A stretch of DNA of 64,000 bases, taken from contig JAQGDQ010000001.1 in assembly GCA_030141605.1 (NCBI GenBank), positions 806,001 to 870,000 on the forward strand, written 5' to 3'. Source of the DNA: Tubiluchus corallicola. Its lineage: Eukaryota; Animalia; Priapulida. Made by a program: the position numbers and the translations under genes. Below, piece by piece: positions 38,001-64,000 of the stretch (within the stretch, counting starts at the first letter, position 1; each line of letters starts with the position of its first letter). The notes beneath the pieces are model-generated. The model made no database searches. It worked only from the letters and a program-made list of their open reading frames with translations, and was not told where the DNA came from.

Positions 38001-40194
38001 CCGTTTTTTGCAAAAGTTATACGGCTGAGATGTAGAGAACGGGAACGGGCCGAGGGGGGTGCTGGGTATGGATAGATAGCCCGTTCAGCGGTGGGTGTCA
38101 TAGGCCTATTTAGAATTCCCAAGAGGGCCACGGGGTCCCGTAACGGGCGTTTTCGCGGACCCAACTCGCGATTTTTTCGAAATTTTGATCAAACAGCCTG
38201 CGGGAAAAACGTTCTAGCGGCGCCTGGTGGGACTCTCGGAAGGAGATATATAGCTCTTTACAAAGAAGAAGAACGGGGCTACACGATGATGTGGGATATA
38301 TGTTAGGGCAGGTCCACCGAGAGGAGTACTGGCGAGTTAATTAGAGGTTCCATTTTCAGCAATTTTCGCTTAGAAAACTGCTGACGCAAAGGCATTGTTG
38401 TGACGTCATCCATTGTATTCTGTCTATAATCTTATAACTTTAATTCAGTAAAAGCTGCTACAGGCTTTGCGTTAGTTAAACAAACTGTAGGCATGATGTT
38501 ACGGGCTTTGCGTTATAAATGTGGACTAGGTAGGATGTGCCCGTGTTATTGATTATACGTGGTTTTTTACGCAAAATCTTTTGCGGGGCCTTTGCTAGTT
38601 TCTTAATTATAATATTCTTAAAGATTATTACAGAAAACATGTGGCAATTAAATGCAGAGTATGGGATAACTGAAAATACTTGTTATGTGTGTTAAAAGTT
38701 TACAGTTTGTCTTGTTCTGATATGCAGCTAGGAGATGTGTATTTAATAAAAACTTATTATGCAGCTAGGAGATGTATATTAAATACTTGATGTTTTTATT
38801 TTAAATAAATTTTTTAGATGGATGATTCTCCTTGCATTACAAAAGAATTGAGGTCTAGGCAGTTATCAAACAGTTGTCCAAATAGTTTGCAGTCTGTGGA
38901 CCGGATCAGCACAGTCCAAGTCCATGGCTCCTCTTCAGCTCCTGTTCAAAAATGGAAAGACCTTCAAAATCCACCTGGCAAAGAAAATATTCAGCGTCGA
39001 TGTAGTGGTAGATCTCGGTCCAGCAGCAGTTCACGAGCTACAAGCAGGAGTAGCACCGCACTTTCGTGTAACCTATCTAGCTCATCAGCAGCAAATGGTA
39101 GTACAAGCAGTAATGGCAGTGGAACATGCACAGCTTCTGTTGCAGCCGAGTCTGATAGAAAGGCCGCTAACCATAAACGTAGCATAAGTGTTGATAGTAA
39201 TGACAGTATCACGGAAGAGTTGAGGTATTTTAAACCCATTAAAGCAATGCCAAGGACACCACCAAGGCGTCTAGCTAGTGGTAAAGTGCTGGAACCTATG
39301 CCTGTCCTTGTCTCGCCTCAAAAACAGGTCAATTTAACAGGAGAAAAGCAGTGTGGAGATGTAATTTCTAGAGTCTGTAGTAGTCCAAGTAGTCCATTAG
39401 TTCGGCGTAGATTGCAAGCATTAGCCGCTGAACGGCAAGCCGTTGTCTCAACCTTGTCAAAAGGAACAGAGACAGATTTAGTGGGAAAAAGTTTTATTTG
39501 TGACGAAAAACCAGAGGAGCTTAATGCTATGGTCTCTTTTAGTGAAATGGAGCCCGTACCAAGTGCTGTGAAACGACTGCGATTTGCAAACTCTCCTTCA
39601 TTGAAGCATGCTAGCACTAAAATTGAAAGGGCATCAGTTCCAGATGAGTCAGGTGATCACAGGCCTGTTACACCCCCTCATTGCTTTCGTCCAGTTGTGC
39701 CTGAAAAGAAGCCAAGTCCGGGAAAAGTATATAGAATGAAGCACAAACACAAGGCTGGCTCTGGAAGACACAATCATATAGCACGTGCTTATAAACAAAA
39801 ATTAAGTAGTGACGATTCTTCTAAACCTAGTACGTCGTCTGATGTTGGCAGTAAATTATTAAATATCAGGAAATTAGATGTCAGCAATAATGGTAAATCA
39901 TGTATTTGTAATAAATCAAAAGGAAGTGATGAGATGAGACAAGAGTCAACTTCTTTAGTAACAGGTTACAATAGAAATCTTCATACGGAATCATTTTCTG
40001 AACAGGAGAAACGTGATAGGGCTATAGCAGTGTCACTTCAACAAAAGTTTAATGAAGAAGCTGGGATTGTAGATAGGAGACTCCCAGGAGAAGAGTATGA
40101 TTTACGAAAACGTGACAGATTAATGTCGACAACTCACAGTCCTAGCAAAATGCATTTGTGCCAAAAGTCACATAAGAAAAGAAAAATGCCATAA
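29052..40194 (+). CDS. RNF168: RNF168/RNF169-family RING E3 ubiquitin ligase (~614 aa, 4 coding exons)
   Basis: Exons 29052-29331 (C3HC4 RING CAIC...LPCSHELCKLC...CPFCRKWISSW), 35229-35299 (LSQPGEIRKEY), 36079-36195 (UDM1/UMI-like EEEERASALLICKLQEEE) and 38818-40194 (MIU2-like EQEKRDRAIAVSLQQKF and LRM-like EYDLRKR). GT-AG sites with phases 1,0,0 are consistent. Extra small exons cannot be excluded. Confidence 0.9.
29617..30221. mobile_element. MITE with GGCC termini (Zator/Harbinger-like)
   Basis: Imperfect inverted ends ggcc.gc.acaaaaaaattgtttc / gaaacaaaagcatttttattgtcggcc, flanked by TGA/TCA. Confidence 0.5.
30530..31630. mobile_element. Degenerate TIR element with GGGGAAAATGGGC subterminal motifs
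   Basis: ggggaaaatgggc occurs twice at 30533-30587; the inverted gcccatttt(ccc) occurs at ~31413 and ~31615. Confidence 0.45.
34216..35105. mobile_element. Mutator-like MITE with tandem AAAATGGCAC / GTGCCATTTT subterminal repeats
   Basis: ggtaaaaatggcacagaaaaaaatggcaca at the left end; many tgtgccatttttacc/ttcc units at 34960-35105. Confidence 0.65.
36490..36830. repeat. Tandem-core interspersed repeat (gtcaaaagtcagagtcac / gttaaggtcac units)
   Basis: Three diverged units beginning tatttgaaaa..cttg at ~36507, ~36651 and ~36758. Confidence 0.5.
37816..38598 (+). mobile_element. Non-autonomous Helitron-like element in the last RNF168 intron
   Basis: Starts A|TC followed by (TA)n. Ends with hairpin cgcaaaa-tct-tttgcg ~10 nt before CTAG|T. 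The interior is markedly GC/CpG-richer than the flanks. Confidence 0.6.
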
Positions 40195-43100
40195 AGCAAG
40201 ATTTTCATCGTTATATGGCTGTAATAAAGTAATTTAAGTAATAAGATGATATATAATTGTGATAGTGAGGGATATGCTGTGCGAAGTTTAGTTTGTTTGA
40301 CTGAATGAGAGCTGTGCTTTATGCAATAAGTTCTTTCTAGCTAGTCGAAAGCGTTGCCATTGTCAGAATATTTTTTGACTTGGAATTTTTCGTTAATGGA
40401 CCGGGTCGATCTCTTAAGAAAGTATGCTCAATTACTATTATGCAAAAATATGTCTTAGCGAGATTTGATTTTTATGTATTTGTCTGATGCAAGTAATAAG
40501 TAGTTGTTTCCTAAACATTGCTGTAAAGAACATTGTTCTACATGCAGCTAATAGTACTTTTACATGGGTTCGCTTGTGGGTTAATTCCTATAAAAATGTG
40601 TCGTCTAATTGACAATGATCCAGAAATTGCGATTTCTTAGTCAGATTACCCTTTAATAAGAAGTACTAAACAGATTTACATCTTACTGCATTAGGGAACT
40701 GAAAGTTCATTAGAGTGGGTACGGATTAGAAGCACAAATCATTCTGTGTTAATTACTTACAATACGTATTGTCATGCCCCGGTACATAAGGCAACAACTT
40801 AGCAACATCTCTGTCTGCACAAGTGCTGGCTAGCCCCTAAATGAATGGCTCTTTGTTTTTGTTGATGACCCAGTAAACACATGCAAATTTATGTAAGGTC
40901 TGTATTAGTTTATGGAAATATATAAAGTAATTTACTGAAGTAATAAATGACCTAGAGGACAAAATTACGTCAGTTAAAGGTACGCTTTGTTGCTTCTCAA
41001 CTTTTTGTTTTAGGTGATCCAGTTAGTGCAGTAACACCGAATATTAAGTTGCTGTTATACATGTACATGTTTTGTCTATTACATAAAATGTATTTAGTAA
41101 CTGAAAATTGACACAGCATTTTGAATAAGTTTTCTTTCTTGAACTCTTGGCCAGGCTGCAGATTTTAAATGCAAAATACCTTTTTTAAGTCTGTTTTCTT
41201 ATGGTAAGAAAGATTAGTTAGCAGAGCCACCTACTGAATTTCTTTGGAAACTATTTCATATATCAGTAATTTTAGAAACAGGAAACTGCTTGCTGCCACT
41301 TATTTTGCCAATTATAATGTAATGGTGAATGGACTGAAATTGATGTATTATTTTTAAAATTCATGAATTTTTTGTAGATTTTTCTCATTTGACTAAACCA
41401 GCCAAGAGTGTACTCGCTTCTGAAATATTGGTTAGCAGAAATTGCTAATCAAAATAAAAACCCAAAGGTACGTAGCTCAGCTAAACCCTCTGCAGTCCCA
41501 CAGAACTAATTGTACTTACTGTGCAAAGGTCTAGTGTAAAAAGTTACATCTTAGACAACATTTTCTTACAAGCATTTGCATTTCAGCAAATTTGATGTCA
41601 GTGGTTATACTCCTGGGAACTGCAATGTTTTAGCTTCAAAAAGTTTGAGACAATATACATATAGACAACTTTAGTTTCTGTCAAATGAGAATTATTAGCA
41701 AAAAATGGATCATACCGTTTGCAAATTAAAAAGTTTGTGACAACTGAATATGGTAACTGATGCCACCTGGTATAAAATTACATAAAATTTCCAGTGCTTG
41801 TACTTTATTCATAGAATGGTGCTATATTTGTTTTCCAAGCATCTTGTGGGCAAATGGCATATATTTTAAATTAGCTTTATTGTATACAATGAACTCAGAA
41901 ATGTAAACTTGATATTAGTGGTATTGTTATGTATTACATTCTGACATTTAGTTTACAACTCCAATGTGTCTCAGCAATAATATTTCTGTTTTTTAGCTTA
42001 AAACACCACAGTAATTAAAAAGACATTGCAGACTACAGTCATGAAGTTTTACCTGTGCCTGCTTTGAATAGACAAATTTCTACATTTGCTTAATAATGTT
42101 TTAAAGTTGTTTCGTGTTACATATCAATGGTTGCATATTTATGAAAATTTGTTTTTGTGCCTTTTTGAAACGTAATTGTTTGAATTTTACTCCTTGTACA
42201 TTTTGTAATAACGAATGTAAGCAAAAAGTTAAAGTTTGCTTCTTCAAGACTTCTAAACAAAATATTTATTGTAAATTTGTTGAAATACTTAAGTAAAAAC
42301 ATCCAGTGAAACGTAAATATCAGAAATTTAGTGACGTCTTGTTTCAATTGAAAAATTCTCAAACTGTAATCATTTTTGTAACAGTTGTGAATATTCCACG
42401 GGGAGGAAACTTCACTAAATTTCTGTGACATGTATATTTATAGCCTTTTAAAAAGTTTTCTTCTCATAATACAACATTTATGATAACTGAAGTTTTGTCA
42501 ACTTTCTTGTTTATTTGTTGACTTGTTATGTTACTGGTGGTATTACAACATAATATTTGCTGTTTTGATGACCAAGTTTTGTTTCTTTTAAATGTATAAC
42601 TTAGGTCAAAAATAATTTACTGGTTATTATATATTATTATTATAAATAAATAAATAAACTATGATTAATACCTCAATTAGAACAACACGTTTTCTGTCAC
42701 AGTTGAACAGAGTACCAGTATTTGTACTCTTGGAACATTAATTTAGTTGACAATAAAATTGTTACTGTTTTGTAAATTGCCAGTTGATCTTTTTGTTTCA
42801 CGATGCAGTTGGGCTTTTGATAAGGTTAAATAGTTGACTCGAGCTTTCAAGCCTTTCCTTGGTGTGCTGTATTATATCATATTAAAGAGTGTTTGTAGTG
42901 TTGATGTGCGACATTGATGGATTAAGGTGTTACCGAAAACCTAGAATTACATTTAGACTCTTCATTTGTACCTTAAGAAATGTGATCGGGTGTTGGTTTG
43001 CTTAATGTTATACAGAACTAAAGACATCCGTATTCCATATTGAATTAGTCGTAGTATTGAATTAATTAATCAACTAACTATATTGCTCGAGAGAAATATT

Positions 43101-45009
43101 ACACTGGACATAGTTGATAAATTCAGTTATGTAGCTATTAGGACATCTGGACGGAGAGGGCTGCCATTTCGATTAGGACAAAAGAAAAATGGTCGAATAT
43201 GGTATGGCAGTTCTGTAATTTTTTATGCCATGGTATCGCTTTTAGTACTGTTGCATGGTGAAATACTGATGCATTTTCCTCGGGTAAATATTTTCGCTTT
43301 TATTCTTATACATTAATAGCAATCTTGTGATTAGTGACAGCTTGGTATTGCCACTGATGTCATTTACTTGAACCACTGTAGATTGTAGTTATGTATGATG
43401 CTGCTGCTATTATAATTATTGGCTATCTCCTGTTTTCCCATACAGTTTGTAAGGGGCTTTCGAAAAAAAAACGCGAGAGACGATACATAATGTCAAAGTC
43501 TGGCTTCAAAAGGGGAAACAATAAGTAAGGAATTTGAGCCTGTACGGATCATTTTACATTTCCGCACGTTTGGAAATAGCGCGTCGTGAATTTCTAAAAT
43601 TAACAATAGGATATCTTCAGTGCCTAATGTATCCTTAATCCTTATAGGGCTACATTGGTAATTTTACAGAAAATATGCTGTATTCACCGATACATTGCAA
43701 ATTACACGCACTTTAGTTTTACATCAGCCTATGTAAACACGACAAGTTAGTATTTTAATAGAACACAATAACGTGATGGAACGCAATGCCCTTTCAGCAA
43801 CTCCATTTGTTGGTAAATCATACAGGCTCCATAAATCTCAATAATGTTCTCGTCATATACAAAGTAATAAACTATTGTTCAGTTTTTGAATTGTTGCTAA
43901 ACAAATAGCGATAATGATGTTTGGTAAATTGCAAGAACAAACAATTCTTTCAGCAAATATTCAGTAGATGGCATGCTGTTATAACATTACATTCTTTTTT
44001 TGTTTGGACAGTGCTTTGACAGATATTTGAGAAACAGAATATGAAAAACACACATGATCATATGATGTAATACAATATTACATGTAAAGAAAGCACGTAC
44101 GTATACTAATTTACACTAATTACGTGTTGTGACTAGTTTTCACTTTCAAAATCTACAAACGAAAAATTATTGACTTTTCAAATTTGCAAGAAGAGAGATT
44201 AATAGATTTGAAGAAATCAACAGAGGGTGTTAAAAACTTTGCGGTTTCTGGCTTTTGATTGAATTTTCATCAACACGATATCTAGAAGGAGCTCCTTAAT
44301 TACGACATGTACAACCAAAAGGCACACCTAACACACTAATATTTTGTTAAATTTTGGCTTAAAAATTAATAATATTAATTATGGTTTGTCTGTACGTTTT
44401 AAACTTTGACTGTTCTTCACTGAAGAATGAAGGGAGCTTCAAATTAATATGATAGTGTCAAAAAAGGACATAGAAAGCGAATAAACAAGCAGCATGCAAA
44501 TAGCTAAATGAGTAAATGTATTAATGGCCAGTGAATTAGCGAACAAGATGACCGAATAAATGAAAAATAAACAAATAAACGAACGAGTAGTTAAATAAAT
44601 AAGAGCATGTATTACTGTATGAAACATTTGTTTATTTTGTGTAAAAACAAATAAATGAATAAACGAATGAAATAAAAAATGAGAAAATTAATAAATGAAT
44701 GAATCCTAATAGGCACGCTTTGTTGAAGAAATACCGAGTCAACATCAGGGATAGTGACTAAAATAGTTGGATTTGAAACATTAATCAACGACAGTATTTC
44801 ATCGTTGAATCAATATAGATCTCGTAAAATCAACACTAGACCGTGTTTATAACAAAATCATAAACTTAAGATTCTGCATTCTGACCAAAACTGCAAGTGG
44901 TGACTGTGAAAAGTCTTTGTTTGACTTGATATTTGTTTCAATATCATAATTTCGCTATTGCTGAATTTTCCGCGCCTGATTACCTAGGAAATCCATTTTA
45001 TTGCAACCC

Positions 45010-45480
45010 ACTTTAACACTTTCGCATATCTCACGTGACCTGACCAAGCCCACTTTTAGAAAAATTCTTATTACATATCTATGCTCGACTGCCTACCCAT
45101 ACGTGCAATAACATAGGCTTCTAGTCCAATACTGTAAGTGGTGCAAGGGACAAAGTCATTCTCCCTAATTTTCGCATTTTGCGTCCTGCTGCTGTGACCT
45201 TTGACTCAGAAGTCACCATTCTTATAGCAGATTGTGGCGCGCGAATTTTTTGTACTTTTCCTACTAGCTCTCATACATATAGAGTTATTGGCCAGACCCT
45301 TTTTAACACTTTCACCTATGTCACGTGACCAGGCCACGCCCACTTTTCGAAAAATACTTAATGCACGTCTATACCCACTCGACTACCCGCACATGCACAA
45401 ATATTCACTCTTAGTCCAATACTGTAAGATGAGTTGAGTGGCAAAGTCATTTGCCCTCATTTTCACGTTTTTACTCCTAT
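45010..45480. repeat. Diverged direct repeat (~170 bp, ~290-bp period) within an interspersed element
   Basis: tttaacactttc..tcacgtgacc..gcccactttt.gaaaaat..tagtccaatactgtaag..caaagtcatt at ~45012 and ~45302. Confidence 0.6.
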
Positions 45481-45879
45481 CTCAGAACTTTCCTAAACTT
45501 CAATTTCCAATACTTAATGCACAACTACATTGCAGAACTAAATACCAGTAAAAAATATTTTTAACTCAAAGCTCTACGAGGAGTTGACAAACAAAGAAAA
45601 ACTGACCAGTGGAAAATGCTCTTGACCCTTTGACCTTCGGTCGAACGTCACTATACCATGTTAGCACCCTTATCTCAGGTGCCTACCCTGCAAGTTTCTA
45701 GCTTTTGATCCTAGTTTCATGGTGCTAGCTGTTATAGCTACAGTGTTATTGACTAGCTCCCATTTTAAAATCTTTGCCCATGTCACGTATTTCGTTACCG
45801 CTGAACGAGTGATGAGAAAAGTTATCAGGTCTGTTTGAAATCATTGTAGGCAGCAAATTGACAGCCAGTAGTAAGTATA

Positions 45880-46035
45880 ACTACAATAATATTTATGTCC
45901 CCGTCATACTCAAATGAGCTGTCTCGCTGTATCTAGGCGAATGAAACCACCCATGGCAAGAATCGAAGCGGTTCACCCATCCATTAACTGACGCAGCCTC
46001 GATGCAGTTCGTGATTTCAGTCGCCAAGCATGATG
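45880..46035 (-). mobile_element. Possible tRNA-derived SINE head
   Basis: The minus strand begins gcatggctgagtggttacggc (A-box-like) and has ttcgattct (B-box-like) downstream. No cloverleaf. Confidence 0.35.
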
Positions 46036-46751
46036 CCGTAACCACTCAGCCATGCAAATCGCTTCTAATATGTATGTTGCTATATAAAAATTTGAAGAAG
46101 AACAGGACCATATTTCAGACTGTACCTCAATTTGGTGTAAATAAAAAGTACTGTCTATAATAATTAGCTATTATAATGTTTCTGACAATGAAAATTTTAA
46201 ATTAAGTACAAATTCAGGCCTGATTAACGGCATGCGAGAGTACTCATCTAGCGATGAGTGATTACCGTGTAACATTTTTTAACGGCAAAAACCATGAATC
46301 AAAAATTCTTCATGCATGTTTGCCCAAAACAAAACTGGAAATGCGGTGCTACAGTGTGACATGAGCAAAGAAGCTATTCCATTCCTCTAAACTTCTGTCA
46401 TTCACATATTTTAGGCCGTGGTCATTTTGGGCTACTGTTTTTTCATTAAAAATACATTAGACCATACAGCACCCGTTTTAAAAAATGTTGACTTAAACTT
46501 ATTTTTAAAAAATTATGAAACAGTCAGGTTAATCAATGTGAATAGACACTGAGTTCACGGTTTTTGACATATATGGTGCCTATAAAACAATAAAGCATGA
46601 TGCGGAATGCTAGTGGCGTGAAGTTTGAACGTGTATATGTATAGCACGACGAAATATGAACCCCTGAACAATTAATTTAACCTCGAGAGCTGAACGGAAA
46701 TGAGCGGAATGAATGCAAAAATAGACGACGCTTATTTTAAGTTTCTGACGT

Positions 46752-62131
<15,380 letters not shown>

Positions 62132-62439
62132 CTAAAACAAGCATAGACATCCTACAGTAAAATATTATTATAAATCCTCCATTAGTGACAACCAAGCCAT
62201 AGTGGCCATACATATTGAGTCCAATCCACCGTATCCCACTTTCCATTTTTTACAAAAACAAAAAATCTACCTGCTTTTAAAAATGGCTTCCATTGCGGAA
62301 AAACTGCAATCGCTCCCATTTGTCCTCTCAATTTCATTTAATCGCTTCTAAAATATCACATTCTGTTGGCTTAATGAGCAAACTAAAATACATGATTTCC
62401 TAATCGACTTTGCTAATTCTGTATCATTCATAATGTCGT

Positions 62440-62900
62440 GTATGTCCTAATGTCAGCTAGTGAACAGGGGTCAGTCTATAAATTGGGATAACAACAAAAT
62501 GTTTAGCTCCATAAAAGAGCGATTAGAATAGTAGGAATTGCTCAATACCTCAGTCATACTGAATTTATTTTCCGTCAATTTAAAGTGCTGAAGAAAAATT
62601 ACATAAGGAAGCTTGAACATTTACTTGCTGTCCCAAAACTTAAATTTTATTTTAAATGTCGTAACCACTTATTACCTGCTTATTTCATGTCTTTAATGTG
62701 AGGAACTAATTACCAAGATTGCACTACAAGAGCTAGAGAAATTATATGTCCACCTTAAATTACATTTAATATTTTCAAATCGTACTTTGTCCTATATCAT
62801 CTTTTTCTTTAGTTAATAATAATCATCTGAGTAACGTAACTGATAAAGTTCATACTCATGGTTATAAATGCTTCACCATGCATTATAAATTGTTTTTCCA
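62440..62900 (+). mobile_element. LINE C-terminal relic
   Basis: LHKRAIRIVGIAQYLSHTEFIFRQFKVL resembles the post-RT LQKRAIRII..SHT..LF..LKIL region of CR1/L2-group elements. Confidence 0.5.
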
Positions 62901-64000
62901 TAATGCTTATTTTGATATTGTATACTTGATAGTTATTGCGTAGGCGCATTGCGCACTTTATTATAATCGTCGTTAATTAAGTTGCTTTATAATTATTTCA
63001 CATCTGGTTATCCACGTTTATATTTTAATCATCGATTAAATCCTATAGTGTAATATACTAATAACTAACATCCTGTATGATAAATAATTCACTAATCATC
63101 ACTTATTGTTTGTCCCTACTTGTCATCATCGATGAAACTACAAGTACATTTTGCATGCTATATATGTTAACGGTCTGGGTGTTAACGCCCGTACGTTTTA
63201 CTGCGTTTTTGAAATGTATGGCTCTCCCAGCCCACATCTGTTTGTAAATTACAAACGTAATTACATGTATGCTGTTTTAAAATTGTGATGTGTGTTGAAC
63301 AAAAAATAAAAATTAAACGGTTAAAAGTTTCCATTTTTAAAATACAGTATAATTTGAAATTGCAAATATAATTATAATTGCGCTGCAACCCGCCCACTAT
63401 TGCGGTCAATTATTAAGCATTTCTGAGCCATTAATAGTTTTGAGACTGCCTGTAAGATATGCTACATCCCTGTATGCTCACGCATGTCTAGTAATTTTTC
63501 TCAGTCCTAGATGTTACACTGGCCAAGCACAATCTCACAGAGGCTCTTTGTGACGCTTTTCATAGGCCGCTGACACAGGTTAATTATTGTCATTTCACCT
63601 GTCTCTTGGACTAATGCATTACTTGTGTTAGTGTTAACATTACAAAGCTAATGTTTATGTTAAAAATTCTGCCGCTCCCCCACCAATGTCTGCAATAGTC
63701 GCATAGGATACTTGACGAAGCTCGCAATAGACCTTGAACACTTGTTTCATTCTATTGACCATTCCGCAAGGATCATTTGTAAAGCTAGAGAATAAGTGCG
63801 CGAACGACTGAACATTCAACATTCAGTCAAATAATCCTAGCTGCATTCTGAAAGCCATGCAGAAATTTCTGGAACTTCCCATGAAAAATAATTGTTCAAC
63901 TTGCTTTTCGCCCAGTAATTTCTATAACATGCATAATGTTAGTTAATGTGACGTTTATTTCCTACAGATTTTTCCTCCCTGCACATTTGGCGCCGAATAA

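Noticed and set aside
38924-39617. Overlapping and antisense ORFs within the large RNF168 exon
   Set aside because: Expected shadow ORFs of a long, GC-richer coding exon.

Overview
AT-rich, intron-rich animal (invertebrate-looking) genomic DNA, not prokaryotic. Three spliced genes can be reconstructed by hand with phase-consistent splice sites. (1) TMCO3, a CPA2/KefC-like cation/H+ antiporter, on the minus strand: 15 coding exons at 14333->1286, with the last exon probably left of the window. (2) An RNF168/RNF169-family RING ubiquitin ligase on the plus strand (29052->40194, ~614 aa), head-to-head with TMCO3. (3) The 3' half of a receptor guanylyl cyclase of the natriuretic-peptide-receptor type on the minus strand (62131->46752), convergent with RNF168. 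Introns and intergenic DNA hold many LINE relics, TIR MITEs, a Helitron-like element and microsatellites. The most striking observation is at 19.0-20.5 kb. The only obvious bidirectional-promoter signature between TMCO3 and RNF168 (outward-facing YY1 motifs, E-boxes and splice donors) lies entirely inside a 1,487-bp element with perfect 33-bp terminal inverted repeats and an 8-bp target-site duplication (Merlin-like). Splicing from it would give each gene a short uORF. For RNF168 the uORF stop overlaps the main start codon (TGATG); the same may hold for TMCO3 (ATGA) depending on the donor used. All calls come from reading the sequence; no searches were run.
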